From Octopus vulgaris (lineage: Eukaryota), in contig OX597819.1 in assembly GCA_951406725.2 (NCBI GenBank), forward strand, positions 58,342,001 to 58,406,000: a stretch of DNA of 64,000 nucleotides, in the 5' to 3' direction. Both the position numbers and the translations under genes were made by a program. How positions within the stretch are numbered: position 1 is the first letter of the stretch; the number at the start of each line of letters is the position of its first letter. Below are positions 1-13,490 of the stretch, one piece after another. The notes under the pieces were generated by a model. That model had not been told where the DNA came from and searched no databases. It saw nothing but the letters and a program-made list of their open reading frames with translations.

Positions 1-333
1 TAGTGCAAATACTGAATGTGAAATGTCAGTGTTAATCGGAGTTGTGAGCGAAATGTCTTTTAATGTCATTGCAAGCAAACGTAGTACACGGTTATATCTT
101 TAGACAGACGATCTTTAAAGAGAGAAAAGAATCTTGGCTTAAGTTTCCAGAAATGCTAACTTTATTTTGGTATTTCTTGTATTTTTTTAATTTCTTTTAC
201 TTGCTTCAATCATTTGACTTCGGACATGTTGGAGCACCATCTTGAAGGGTTTTATTCGAACAAATCGACCCCATGACCTATATGGTATGTAAATATAACC
301 CTTTGGTGAGTACCAGAGCTTATCACAGCCAAT

Positions 334-925
334 GGCGGCGAGCTGGCAGAAAGGTTAGCACGCTGGATGAAATACTTGACGCTATTTCGTCTGCCGCTAC
401 GTTCTGAGTTCAAATTCCGCCGAAGTCGACTTTGCCTTTCATTTTTTAAAAGGCGGTGGGCTGGCATAAACCTTAGTACGCCGGATGGAATGTTTAGAAG
501 TATTTCGTCTGCCGCTACGTTCTGAGTTCAAATTGCGCCGAGGTCGACTTTGTCTTTCATCCTTTCGCGGTCGATAAATTAAGTACCAGTTATGCACTGG
601 GGTCGATTAACCTCAGTGCGTAACTGGTACTTAATTTATCGACCCCGAAAGGATGAAAGGCAAAGTCGATCGGTGGAATTTGAACTTAGAACGTAACGGC
701 AGACGAAATACCTATTTCTTTATTGCCCACAAGGGGCCAAACAAGAACAGACAAAGGGATTAAGTCGATTACTTCGATCCCAGTGCGTAACTGGTACTTA
801 ATTTATCGACCCCGAAAGGATGAAAGGCAAAGTCGACCACGGCGGAATTTGAACTCAGAACATAACAGCAGACGAAATACTGCTAAGCATTTCGCTCGGC
901 GTGCTAACGTTTCTGCCAACTCGCC
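334..925. mobile_element. Cluster of family-A tRNA-derived SINEs: two + copies (334-446, 451-607) followed by a - strand dimeric copy (612-925)
   Basis: Head GGCGGCGAGCTGGCAGAA..GTTCTGAGTTCAAATTCCGCC (A/B-box-like) and core GTCGACTTTGCCTTTCATCCTTTCGGGGTCGATAAATTAAGTACCAG (resembles the Meta-type SINE central domain). The same sequence recurs more than 10 times in the window. Confidence 0.8.
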
Positions 926-1189
926 CTATGTATGTATGTGTTTGTGTATGTATGTGTGTGTGTGTATGCGTCTGAGAGTGTGCTGGGGTGGGTAAAGAGT
1001 GGGAACGCATTCAATAAAAAATGATGCAGTTTGCAAACGGACTCTGTGAATGCTCATTTAAAGCGAATTCTTGTTGAGTCTACCAAGATTGTCGTTGTGG
1101 TTATGGTTGGTTATGAAGCATTTAGTAGCGGATGCTTCTGACCCTGTCGTCGTTGTTATCGTTGTAACTGCTACCGCTGCTAAGAATGC

Positions 1190-1596
1190 GTGTGGCAACT
1201 TGAAGATCCGCCCACCACACGCGATAGACTGGCGGTTGCACGGGCGCGAAAGCTACGTTGTTATCCTCATTCCGTAAACGGTGGCTTTTAACGGGTGGAG
1301 AGCTGAACCATCCTGGGGTTCAGAGGATTCGCAATCTAGACTAGGGTCTGAAAGTTTTACCACTCCATAGTGGGTTACATCATGGTTCCTCTCTTTTGTG
1401 GTAGAAGTAGGAAGAAAGAGTGAGAGAAAGTTGTGGTGAAAGAGTACAGCGGGGTTCACCACCACCCCCGCCGGAGCCTCGTGGAGCTTAGGTATTTTTG
1501 CTCAATAAACACTCACAATGCCAGGTCTGGGAATTGAAACTGCGTTATTGCGACCGCGAGTCCGCTGCCTTAACCACTGGGCCATTGCGCCTCCAC
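1190..1596 (-). mobile_element. Family-D tRNA-derived SINE
   Basis: Reverse complement starts GTGGAGGCGCAATGGCCCAGTGGTTAAGGCAGCGGACTCGCGG. The head matches copies at 10513-10801 and 59247-59635. Confidence 0.8.
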
Positions 1597-2923
1597 TGCG
1601 GCTGTTGTTGTCGTTGTTATCAATGTAGGTTGTAAAATCTAGTCTAATAGATTGTGCATTACAAAGTCTATTTGTTTAGCGTACTTAACAAACTCGCGCA
1701 TTCACAAAAGAAAAAAAACGCGCCTATCTACGTAGCACACACTCACGCATACACACATACATACATACATACATACATACATACATACATACATACATAC
1801 ATACATACATACATACATACATACGCACGAAGACAGAGAGAAAGGGAGAGAGAGAGAGAGCTCGTCGTTGTTGTAAACTCTAAGAAAAGAAAGTCCTTGG
1901 AAAGCTAATCAGTAACGTAACTACAGAAGCAGATTAAAATATACTTAATATATCGAACTAAGAACGGAAATCTAGAGATAACTGTTCAGAAAAAAACAGA
2001 ATAGAAAATATCAATGTATCAGTTTGTTTGCTTGTTTGTTAGTTTGTTTGTTTCATTCATTCATTCATTCTTTCTTTTCTTCTTCTTCTTCTTCTTCTTC
2101 TTCTTCTTCTTCTTCTTCTTCTTCTTCTTCTTCTTTTTTCTTCACATTAAATGAGGAGACGCTGACGGGGGGAAAATAAGCCAAAACAGAGGTAATCAAG
2201 GTGCAATCACGACAGAGTGGTTAAGATGTCCGTTCGCAAACACGTGGTTTCGAGTTCAATATCATGGCACGACATCCCAAGCGAGTAAGCGTCTTCTACT
2301 ATAGCTCCTGGCCCATCAATGCTTTGTGAGAGGATTTGGTTGAAGGAAACTGTGTGTAATCTGATATGTCCCATGTGGCAATATTGTCCGAACCCTCGTT
2401 GCCACTGATATGTCTTATGATGGCGACTTACTTCGTCGTGTCTACGGGACTGGTCCGAACGGCGTACCTTCGCCGACCGACACTACTGACTGTGTCAGTT
2501 CACTATTTATTAATAGTGGACCAACCCACTTCTCGCCTGGGGGCGTCCGCCACAACAGATTCCCATCGGACACACTCATATCTGCATGTCTTTGCTTTTT
2601 ATCCTCTTTACCTCTTGACAACAAGTTATGTCTGTGTGCTTATGGTCCCACAACTAAAAAGATAGAGAAATAAATAAATGAATAAATCGATTTTTGGACG
2701 TTGGACAATTGAGCGTACGATAACTGGGGCAGCATCGGGCAACGCAGGTCTCCCTCAGACCTAGGCATCCATTGCCCATCACTGTCTCTCACTCAGTTAC
2801 TTTCAAGCATTAGTTGTGTTTGAATGAAAATAATGTTAAAAAATATAAACCCGACATACGACCAGACCGAATTACGACCCATCCGTCGGAACGGAACTCG
2901 GTCGTAAGTCGAGGAGAAGGTAT

Positions 2924-3031
<108 letters not shown>

Positions 3032-3749
3032 TAATAAATAAAATATATGCATACATACAAACATATGTGTACGTACCTACATCTACATGTATATATACAT
3101 GCATATATAAATATATATACGTAAATACAGGACACCACAAATAGACGTAGAACTCAACAGAAACGAAAACGGAAACGCCATTTTTTTACAACAGAAAAAC
3201 AGAGTACAGGACATGCTACACAAGGAAAACTTAAGCGTGTTTCGAAGGCAAGACAGGACACGACTCGTCAATACTAGGCCTTCCGGCGAGAGAATTAAAA
3301 TAAAATTACCTCGCAGAGGGGTAAAACAAGCACGAAAAAAATGTAACACAAACAGGACGTAACAATAAAACTACACAATAAAATACAAGATAAAAATACA
3401 GGTACAAGAAATTACAAAACGAGAAATAAAAAGAAAATACAATACGAGAAATCAAAATAAACAAGAAAACAAACGAGAAAAACAAACGAAAAAGGCCTTT
3501 TTTCTGGCTTCCCCTCTATGTTTAGCCCCTTGTGAGCAATAAAGAAATATAAGACACTTTACTTCACGTTGCTCCAATTCACTCAACTGTAGAAATGAGC
3601 TGCGACGTCACTGGTGCCAAACTGTATCGGTCTTTGCCTTTCCGTTGGATAACATCGGTAGCATGGAGAGGAGAGGTTGGACGTGTGACTGCCGGTCTTC
3701 CATAAGCAACCTTTCCCAGGCTCGTGCGTCAGACAGACAGACAGATAGA

Positions 3750-3981
3750 TACTCTTTTACTTGTTTCAGTCATTTGGCTGCGGCCATGCTGGAGCACCGC
3801 ATATATATATACATATATACGACGGGCTTCTTTCAGTTTCCGTCTACCAAATCCACTCACAAGGCTTTGGTTGGCCCGAGGCAATAGTAGAAGACACTTG
3901 CCCAAGGTGCCATGCAGTTGAGCTGAACCCGGAACCATGTGGCTGGTAAGCAAGCTACAAACCACACAGTCACTCCTGCGC
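3750..3981 (-). mobile_element. Family-B tRNA-derived SINE, internally deleted
   Basis: Head GGCGCAGGAGTGACTGTGTGGT, CORE-like ACCTTGGGCAAGTGTCTTC and 3' end CCAGCATGGCCGCAG..GAAACAAGTAAAAGAG, shared with about 15 other copies. Confidence 0.8.
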
Positions 3982-4101
<120 letters not shown>

Positions 4102-4645
4102 CAGACAGATAGACAGACAGACGGACAGACAGACAGACTTTGCCGATACTAGAGAAGAGTCAGTCAGTCTGGTTCTGGAAGTTTATCAGCGACAACTTAA
4201 CTCTTTGTATGGATTTTCTGTTACCTTAATTTGTATTTTTAGATGCTTGTGGTACGTCCAGAAACTACTTGCAACGTAGCATTTTAGAAAAAACTGTGAT
4301 CATTGGATAAACTAAGAAGCCATGAAGCAGCTCCCCTTCCTTTCTCCATTTCTTATCCTGTTTCTCTCTTCTTTCTCTTTGTCTCTCTTTTATGCCCCCC
4401 CCCCCCAATCCCACCCTCTCTATCTACTTGATTACCCGACCTGTTAAACGCGGGAGCTTCATATGGTCGCATGGCCTGCTGGAATTAGCAGCCAAATCTT
4501 CCTCAAATCATACCCAGCTGTTATAAAGAAAGCTGTCACCATGATACAACATAAATGGCGGGGCGGGGTGATAAAACGATTGGTTGTTTACAACTGGAAT
4601 GTCTCTGATTATATTATAATAGGTTTAGTTGTTGAGAGAAAACAC

Positions 4646-4949
<304 letters not shown>

Positions 4950-5303
4950 TCTTTAGGATGCGGTTATATTGCGACCTTGAGTTGGAGGTTCGATAATATC
5001 GAACAATGTATGGTCTGTTACATAAATATTTTATAAATATTCATTCATCGAATGACTGGCGCTAATGGACGTACATGAAAAGAAACACCGTCTTACACCT
5101 ACTTATAAATACCAAAGCACACATTCGCACACACACAAATATACACACACACACACACACATACACCTACATACATGCATACTTACATGCATATATACAC
5201 ACATACATAGATGCATGCATGCATGCATACGTACACGCATACATACATACATACATACATACATACATACATACATACATACATACATACATACATACAT
5301 ACA

Positions 5304-5406
5304 TAGAAAGGAAGACGATAGCTACTTCGATTCGAAGCCTCCGGTTACTATACCCAGATTATAAATTCACGTTTGTACCAATAATAATTGGTGTTTTGGG
5401 ATTTGT
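5304..5406 (+). mobile_element. R4/Dong-like non-LTR retrotransposon fragment (C-terminal restriction-like endonuclease region)
   Basis: Translates as IRSLRLLYPDYKFTFVPIIIGVLGFV, homologous to the 12.9-13.1 kb fragment (LLRNLQLLYRDYKFRFIPVIIGAL). Flanked by (TACA)n and (TATG)n. Confidence 0.6.
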
Positions 5407-5431
5407 ATGTATGTATGTATGTATGTATGTA

Positions 5432-5703
5432 TGTATTCTCTTCTATTTTTCAATTATTATAAATCTTCAACTGAGGAGGGAACCAGTTTCCAACAAAGAT
5501 ACAAGGCTTCATGTTTGGGATGTAGTTAACGTAGACAAATTCACATTTGGAACTTGACAAAAGTCTTGCATATTTTTACTGTTCCACTTACAGATTGGAC
5601 TTGTTATATACGAATCAGCCGGTCAGTTTCTCTTACCGATCCCAATTTATCCAGATTATCCTTTAAGCATTTACTGACAAAGCCTGTATACATGTATGTA
5701 TGT
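5432..5703 (-). mobile_element. 3' end of an R4/Dong-like LINE, copy 1 of a direct repeat
   Basis: Minus strand reads TGFVSKCLKDNLDKLGSVRETDRLIRI..QVQSVSGTVKICKTFVKFQM, then a short 3' UTR and (TACA)n. Near-identical to 6332-6603. Confidence 0.65.
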
Positions 5704-5710
5704 TATGTCA

Positions 5711-6331
5711 GGTCACTTTCGAGTGCTACTGGTAACATGTAACCCAGTGCAACCTGTTGCATGGTCGGGTCGACGGCGACTAAACCGGCAACCCCACCAA
5801 GCTTGCTTGGTGAGGAGGGTGTTTATTGGACACCCTGCGGGATGAAAAACAAAACCCGCCAAGGGGCGGAGGAACTCTTGAGAGTCAACGGCCATCCAAG
5901 AAATGTCTTAAGGCTATATCGTGCGCGGGGACGTAGAAATAATCGGACTGAATACCCGATCGCGCGGTTAAACCATTGGGAGTGAAGGACTCCTAGCCTT
6001 TGTTAGGACGACCATCTAGGAGAAGGTAACTCAGGTAACTGGGATAACTCCGACATAAAACCTGCGGCTCAGTGGTTCACGATGATGTTGACTTGTTCTT
6101 CTTTTCGGATTATGGCTGCTGTTGCTTAGTGAGTGAGATTGATTCAGTGCACAGCCTTTCCTCACTTTAAAAAAATCTTCTTGCACAGGCTTTGTACGAT
6201 AACAACATTGATTAAGCTTCATACAATGGCCATACTCGATAACAAGGGGGCAGCCACCATGTATGTATGTATGTATGTATGTATGTATGTATGTATGTAT
6301 GTATGTATGTATGTATGTATGTATGTATGTA
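5711..6331 (+). mobile_element. Non-autonomous element, probably RTE-derived (5' UTR-like body plus (ATGT)n tail)
   Basis: GC-richer block with GGACGACCATCTAGGAGAAGGTAACTC, resembling a motif in RTE-clade 5' UTRs. No RT ORF; ends in a (ATGT)n tail. Confidence 0.45.
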
Positions 6332-6603
6332 TGTATTCTCTTCTATTTTTCAATTATTATAAATCTTCAACTGAGGAGGGAACCAGTTTCCAATAGAAAT
6401 ACAAGGCTCCATGTTTGGGATGTAGTTAACATAGACAAATTCACATTTGGAACTTGAAAACATTCTTGCATATTTTTACTGTTCCACTTACAGATTGGAC
6501 TTGTTATATACGAATCAGCCGGTCAGTTTCTTTTACTGATCCCAATTTATCCAGATTATCATTTAAGCATTTACTAACAAAGCCTGTATACATGTATGTA
6601 TGT
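6332..6603 (-). mobile_element. 3' end of an R4/Dong-like LINE, copy 2 of the direct repeat
   Basis: Near-identical to 5432-5703 at an offset of 900 bp. Confidence 0.65.
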
Positions 6604-6998
6604 ATACATTTATGCATATATGTATGTATGCATATATGTATGTATGCATATATGCATGTATATACGTATGTATGCATGTATGTATGTTTGTATATATACA
6701 TGCATGCATCTAAGTATGCATGTATGTATGCATGCATGTATGCATGTATTTATGTATGTATGTATGATGTATGTATGTATGTATGTATGTATGTATGTAT
6801 GTATGTATGTATGCATACGGCGAGTTCCCTCACTATTTCCGTTTATCAAATTCACTCAGAAAGTATTAATCGGTCCAAGTCTATGGAAGCTATAACGCCC
6901 TGCGATAGGACTGAACCCGAAACCACGAAGTTGCAAATCGAGCTTCTTAACCACATAGCCACATAATCACACACACACTCACACACATATATATATAC

Positions 6999-7033
<35 letters not shown>

Positions 7034-7077
7034 TATGTGTGTGTGTGTGTGTGTATGTGTGTGTGTATATATATATA

Positions 7078-7143
<66 letters not shown>

Positions 7144-7335
7144 TACATAGAAGTAAATATATGGCACAACGAAGTACCGATATTTACTGGAAATAGCGAA
7201 GTAATAATACGACGCTAATGTATAGCTTCACCGCGTATGTACTAGCAAAAATGTGTGAGTGCAACAAACTTGAAAAAAATTGTCTTACCTCCAGGGAGAA
7301 CATCTGAAAGATGAAATACCTAGAAAAGGATAATG

Positions 7336-7407
7336 TGGGACCGGAGCCGGTTTCAGATTTTTCAAGATATGCCTGCACACATATACTTGATCTATCTTCA
7401 TCAGCCA
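7336..7407 (-). ncRNA. Type I hammerhead ribozyme motif (Penelope-associated)
   Basis: Reverse-complement copy of 7737-7808 with the same core and stems. Confidence 0.7.
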
Positions 7408-7736
7408 AACATATACCACGACAACATTTCAGATGCTACCACATTAATGCCGATACACTCGACTGAAACGCCAAAACAGCTAACAGAACGAGAACGGTGA
7501 AGAAGTTTCAATAAAATTAGTAATGCAATACGAAAGTATTGCTTTCCAGTAAAGAATAGCCCGTGAGGGAAAATTATACATAGAAGTAAATATATGGCAC
7601 AACGAAGTACCGATATTTACTGGAAATAGCGAACGTAATAATACGACGCTAATGTATAGCTACACCGCGTATGTACTAGCAAAAAATGTATTGGCATTAA
7701 TGTGGTAACATCTGAAATGTTGTCGTGGTATAAGTT

Positions 7737-7808
7737 TGGCTGATGAAGATAGATCAAGTATATGTGTGCAGGCATATCTTGAAAAATCTGAAACCGGCTC
7801 CGGTCCCA
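7737..7808 (+). ncRNA. Type I hammerhead ribozyme motif (Penelope-associated)
   Basis: TGG-CTGATGA-AGAT..(TCAAGTATATG/CATATCTTGA)..ATCT-GAAA-CCG-GCTC-CGG-TC-CCA. Intact core, stem I 3 bp, extended stem II, stem III 4 bp; GUC site ends at 7805. Confidence 0.72.
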
Positions 7809-8106
7809 CATTATCCTTTTCTAGGTATTTCATCTTTCAGATGTTCTCCCTGGGGGTAAGACAATTTTTTTCAAGTTTGTTGCACTCACGCATTTTTGCT
7901 AGTACATACGCGGTGAAGCTATACATTAGCGTCGTATTATTACGTTCGCTATTTCCAGTAAATATCGGTACTTCGTTGTGCCATATATTTACTTCTATGT
8001 ATAATTTTCCCTCACGGGCTATTCTTTACTGGAAAGCAATACTCTCGTATTGCATTACTAATTTTATATACATATATATATACATATGTATATATAGATG
8101 TATATG

Positions 8107-8189
<83 letters not shown>

Positions 8190-8227
8190 CATTTGTATAT
8201 TTAGATATATATGTTTGTATAAATATG

Positions 8228-8343
<116 letters not shown>

Positions 8344-8477
8344 TATATGTATGTGTGTATATGTATATATATATATATATATATTATATGTATATGGCAA
8401 ATGAAAGACGGAAGATTGAATATACGAGAATTTTTATTATGAATCACAATTGTTTCGACACATCTACCATCACGGAA

Positions 8478-8712
8478 TCAAAACACCATAAAACCTGTTA
8501 CTCAGAGTTTCATGTTCAAGGTGCTGTTCTAGTTAGAGACATTTGACAGCATAGCTTGTCGTACGTGGAATACGTCCTCCTAATGGACTGGTACAAATCT
8601 TGTATCGATCCAATATGGAAGTAATTTTGGTAATGACGTCACACGTTGGTGTGAAAACTGTCCGACGGACGGGTACGTGAAACTCTGAGTAACAGTTTTT
8701 GTGATGTTTTTG
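8478..8712. mobile_element. MITE-like element with about 35-bp imperfect inverted repeats
   Basis: CAAAACACCATAAAACCTGTTACTCAGAGTTTCA near 8480-8512 pairs with TGAAACTCTGAGTAACAGTTTTTGTGATGTTTTTG near 8678-8712. The internal part recurs, diverged, near 9205-9315. Confidence 0.55.
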
Positions 8713-8778
8713 CAGCTGTATGAATGAAGTACACACATACACACACGCACACACACACACACACACACATACACACAA

Positions 8779-8880
8779 GATAGACAGATAGACAGACAGA
8801 CAGATAGATAGAGAGAGAAAGAGAGAAAGAGAGGTGGACAGACAGACACTCACAGAAGATAGACAGACAGACAAACAGGC

Positions 8881-8951
<71 letters not shown>

Positions 8952-9021
8952 GAAAGAGAGAGAGGTGAATAGACAGACAGACACACGCGCACACACATAC
9001 ACGCGCATGCATCTGATCCCC

Positions 9022-9115
<94 letters not shown>

Positions 9116-9124
9116 CAGACAGAC
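8779..9124. repeat. (GATA)n/(GACA)n compound microsatellites
   Basis: Directly visible. Confidence 0.9.
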
Positions 9125-10512
9125 ATACACACATACACAGTTTATTTGATTCAGTCAGCTGAAAACAACACTTTTTAGTGCCCCTATATTTCATATTTGT
9201 TGCTTCAGGGTGCTGCTAGAGATATTTGGCAACAAAGTTTGTTGTACAAGGAATATGGTCTCCTAAATGACCGGTACAAATAATGTCGGTTATAACGTCA
9301 CATGTTGGTGAGACGTGAATGTAAATTTAAGGGAGGTCACTCTTACATGGATTAAAATTATAGAAGAAAATAAAGGCATTAACTGGAAAACGACTTAAAA
9401 GGATGTTGAAAGGGAGATAAGTCAGTCTGTTTGCAGTTATGTTGAGTTATGCGTTTTTCGTTTGCATTCTTTCGTATTTATTTACACCTTGAGGTGAGGC
9501 AAATTGAGATGGGATAGGATAAATAAATATAATAAATAGGTTACATTATATATGATGAATGATATATAAAGTATTTAATAAACGATGATTGAATATATAT
9601 GTAAATAAATAAATAAATATAAGCGCAGGATTGGCCGTGTTGTAAGAAGCTTGCTTCGTAACCATGTGGTTTTGAGTTGTGTGTGTGTGTGTGTGTATCT
9701 ATGTCTGTGTGTGCGTATGCGTATGCGTATGTGTGTGTGTGTGTTTGCGTATATGTGTGTGTGAGCGTGTGAGTGTGTATATATAAACATATGCATGTGT
9801 GTGTATGTGTGTGTGACTTTGTGTCTGTTTATTCCACCACCACCACTTAGCAACCAGTGCTGGTGTGTCTACATCCTTGTAACTTAGCGGTTCATCAAAA
9901 GTGACCGATAGTACTGGGGTCGAATCATTTGACTAAAAATTCTACAAGGCGGTGCCCCAGTATGGCCGCAGTCTAATGACTGTAGATTATTGATTTGTTG
10001 GTTTAGAGTCTATTTGTTCACCCATGTGCGACTATCTACTATTTGTCTGATACTCAAACGATTCAACATAGTAACAAGATTTTCCTTTGGGAGTTAGGCT
10101 TTAGAGTACTATACGAACGAATTCTCGTGCGTGATTTGAATTCATCTCGTAGGCATTAATTCTGCAATTCGACTAAGTGTGACGAACCCCGTTGTCGGTG
10201 ATTGCCACAGCAAGCTTCCTATTTTTCATCAGATAATCCGGCGTTTTTAAGAGAGTCCATCCATTTTGAAGAATTTAATCGCTATAGAACTGCTCACACT
10301 TTTGCAACAGCTCCTTTTTGTTTTCAACTACATACATCAATTTGCAGGCGTTCAAGATGCTTTCCTCAGGAAAAAAAAATCAAGAAAATAAAACCTCGGC
10401 GTGTTCCTTTAATGCTTAGTGTTTCTACATATGTCTTGAGAAATAAGAACGATCAGTTCACCTGGATGCGGTAACACTGATCAATTCACCAAGTTACTGA
10501 CGTACATTGTTC

Positions 10513-10801
10513 CTTCTCAAGCCACGCCTGGCTCATAAGGGCAGGTTTCCCGGTTTCCTTGGCGTATAGGTTTCCCACCTGGACGGGACGCCGGTCCGTC
10601 GCAGATGAGCTGCAAGATGCAGGAGGAAAGAGTGAAAGGAAGTTGTGGCGAGAGAGTCAGCAGAAGCTCGCCATTACCTTCTGCCGGAGCCGCGTGGAGC
10701 TTAGGTATTTCACTCATAAACACACACATCGCCGGGTCTGAGATTCGAACCCGCGATCCCTCGATCGCGAATCCGCTGCTCTAACCATTGTGTGCCTCCA
10801 C
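10513..10801 (-). mobile_element. Family-D SINE with V-SINE-like tail and 9-bp TSD
   Basis: D-type head; tail contains CTGCGACGGACCGGCGTCCCGTCCAGG. Flanked by the direct repeat ACATTGTTC. Confidence 0.8.
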
Positions 10802-11989
10802 ACATTGTTCTGTTTACCAACCTAATATTTTAGGACGACAAAATGATCTTTCTCCAATAATATGGTGACACAAAAATCATTTATATTCTGAAAACGAGAC
10901 TTAATGTTTTGTTTATCAGGGTGATACTGTCACAATTATTATTTCAACAGAATACGGACGGACAATAATATTTTACTAATCTGGCATTGTTGCACCGAGA
11001 TTATTCTACTCCACAATGTTATGTTTCCCTGAGTGTTTTCTTCGTACAATAATCTGTTTACCAGACAGATTTTGTAGCAAAATATTCTGATCATCAGGTT
11101 GATAATGCAACATAATGTTAAGTTTACCAGTCTGATACCGCTGCACAGTTATCGGTTAACTAATATATTTGTGCACAAAGATCAGTTTCTTACGAAACTA
11201 TGAGATAATATTCTGTTCCCTGTGACACGATAATTTGCTTTCCCATATACATTCTAACGCAATGATTTGATCACCAGTGTATCGTGACACTTTAATACTT
11301 TCATACTGCACAACGCAGTATTTATGAAGCTGATACTGTCATAAGAAGGTTTGTTGATGAATGTGATTTTGTCCTGTAATGATATTTTAACCACATAGTT
11401 ATTATATACCAATAATACCAGCAGGGTAATGTGATCCAATTATCCATTCATCATTTGGAAATTTATTTTTGAAAGACATATTTTCATAGAAAAAAATCGA
11501 ATTGAAATTCCAACTCCGATCTTGATAAAATTTTTGGAAAAACTTTCTAACGGAAAATTTATGAATGATTTATATTTTATATCAAATTTTATTCAACTTC
11601 CAAATTTATTTTACAATTTCCGACTTACACTTCAACTTCAATGTCAAAATTTTTGTTTTATCTTGAACTTTCAAAAATTAGTAAGTAAAAAAATTACATG
11701 AGAATCTAAGTTTCAGGCTTCGAACTTATTAAAGACATCAATCTGAAGATAAGTTAAGTGTTCTGTAGTTGTAGAATTCCTTTAGAAAACTGAATACAAA
11801 TACTGAAAATTATGCGCAATGAAAGATCAATTTTGAGTAAATACTTTCCATGTCATGAACAACATATAGATGTCGTCTGCAGCACACATTTAGTTAAATT
11901 CCGAGTACCAAAAATTCTACGATGGCTTCATTTTTAATAATATAGTTAGAGGAGGAGAAGCGGTGTCCATAACTGTTGTGTTTAATATT

Positions 11990-12385
11990 CTTTTCTATTC
12001 TAAGCGCAAGGCCCGAAATTTTATTTTGGTGGGTGGATGCAGTCGATTTCATCGACCTCAGTACGCAACCGGTACTTAATTTATCGACCCCGAAAGGATG
12101 AAAGGAAAAGTCGACCATGGCGGAATTTGAACTCAGAACATAAAAACAGACAAAATACCGCTAAGCATTCCGCCAACTCACCGGCTTCTATTTTTTTTTT
12201 TTTAGATTCTTTTTTACTCTAGACACAAGGCTCGAAATTTTGGGGGTGGGGGCCAGTCGATTAGATCGAACCCATTCAAAACTGGTACTTAATTTATCGA
12301 ACCCGAAAGGATGAAAGGCAAAGTCGACCTCGGCGGAATTTGAACTTAGAACATAAAGACAGACGAAATACCGCTAAGCATTTAG
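11990..12385 (-). mobile_element. Two tandem family-A SINEs
   Basis: Two consecutive reverse-complement copies of the family-A core and tail. Confidence 0.75.
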
Positions 12386-12577
12386 AACATTGTACAAGAA
12401 TATTGTAGAGTGTATTTAACGATAAGTTTGTATAAGGATATATTTTATTGTGTCCGTCTAGTCCTAGATCAAATCTAATTTATCAAAACTCTGACAAAGT
12501 GCATCCAACCATGGCGACTCTGCCGTCATACATACATACATACATACATACATACATAAATACGTACGTGTGTGTGT

Positions 12578-12637
<60 letters not shown>

Positions 12638-13105
12638 CATTGTTCAGTTTATTTCAAGATTTCTTGCCAATAAAGAAATAGTCAGTTTCTAACCTATATT
12701 CAAGGCTCATTTATTGGAATTTCAACATCAACAACAGGATATTTTCGTTTGTATGTATGTATGTATGTATGTATGTATGTATGTATGTATGTATGTATGT
12801 ATGTGTATGTATGTTCGCAGATTTGTATGTTTTGCTTTATGTGTGTATTCTCATGCATATAGCTACATATCTAGACATGTTCATATATATTTAAATGATA
12901 AGCTATTGGAAAGTTTTACAGATTTTTACAATGCCAGTGATAGATTAGATTTGTAGTCATCGAATAAGCTTTCTCTTTTCTGGTTTTGAGAAGCCTAATT
13001 TCTCAAGATTGGTATTCCAGGGCCCCAATAATTACAGGTATAAACCTGAACTTGTAATCTCGATAGAGTAACTGCAGGTTTCTCAATAATTCAGCGTAGG
13101 TATGT
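12638..13105 (-). mobile_element. 5'-truncated R4/Dong-like LINE (C-terminus of endonuclease region plus 3' UTR)
   Basis: Minus strand: TYAELLRNLQLLYRDYKFRFIPVIIGAL..NTNLEKLGFSKPEKRKLIR*LQI*SITGIVKICKTFQ. The 3' UTR contains (TACA)n and ends in AATAAA followed by (CA)n. Confidence 0.65.
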
Positions 13106-13127
13106 AAAATTTATAGTCACAGTTATA

Positions 13128-13490
13128 GGCGCAGGCATGGTTAAGAAGGCCGCTTTACGAGCACATAGTTTCAGGTTCAGTCCCTCTGCGTGGCACTTTG
13201 GATAAGTGTCTTTTACTATTATAGGGCTGGCTTGACCACTGCCCTGCGAGTGAATATGGTCAATGGAAACTTCATGAAAATTCGCTGAATATAAATATGC
13301 ATGTTTGCGCTTGTTCCCATCACCTGTTGACAACCGGTGTAGGTTTGTTTCCGTCCTCATAGCTTACGGGTGCGGTAAAAGAGCACAATACAATATGTAT
13401 CAGACTTTAAAAGATAAGTGTTGAGGTCGATTTGTTCGAATAAACCCTTCAAGGCGATGCCTCAGGGCGGTGGCAGCCTTTTGAAACAAG
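13128..13490 (+). mobile_element. Diverged family-B SINE
   Basis: GGCGCAGGCATGG head and degenerate family-B body and tail. Confidence 0.65.

Larger units (their letters stand above)
7146..8067. mobile_element. Penelope-like element remnant with tandem and inverted pseudo-LTRs
   Basis: 7146-7457 is the reverse complement of about 7687-7999, and 7511-7685 is the reverse complement of about 7893-8066. 7578-7685 directly repeats 7146-7252. Each long arm has a hammerhead motif, and the element sits in (TA)n. Confidence 0.75.

Noticed and set aside
2376-2655. Possible solo LTR starting TGTGGCAA
   Set aside because: No clear terminal CA, TSD, PBS or second LTR was seen.
3140-3500. Penelope-like remnant with a possible hammerhead half (CCTTCGAAACACG on the minus strand)
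   Set aside because: No CUGANGA box was found at a suitable position, so identity cannot be supported.
5711-5900. HDV-like ribozyme at the 5' end of the RTE-like element
   Set aside because: The nested double pseudoknot could not be built by eye; a descriptor search would be needed.
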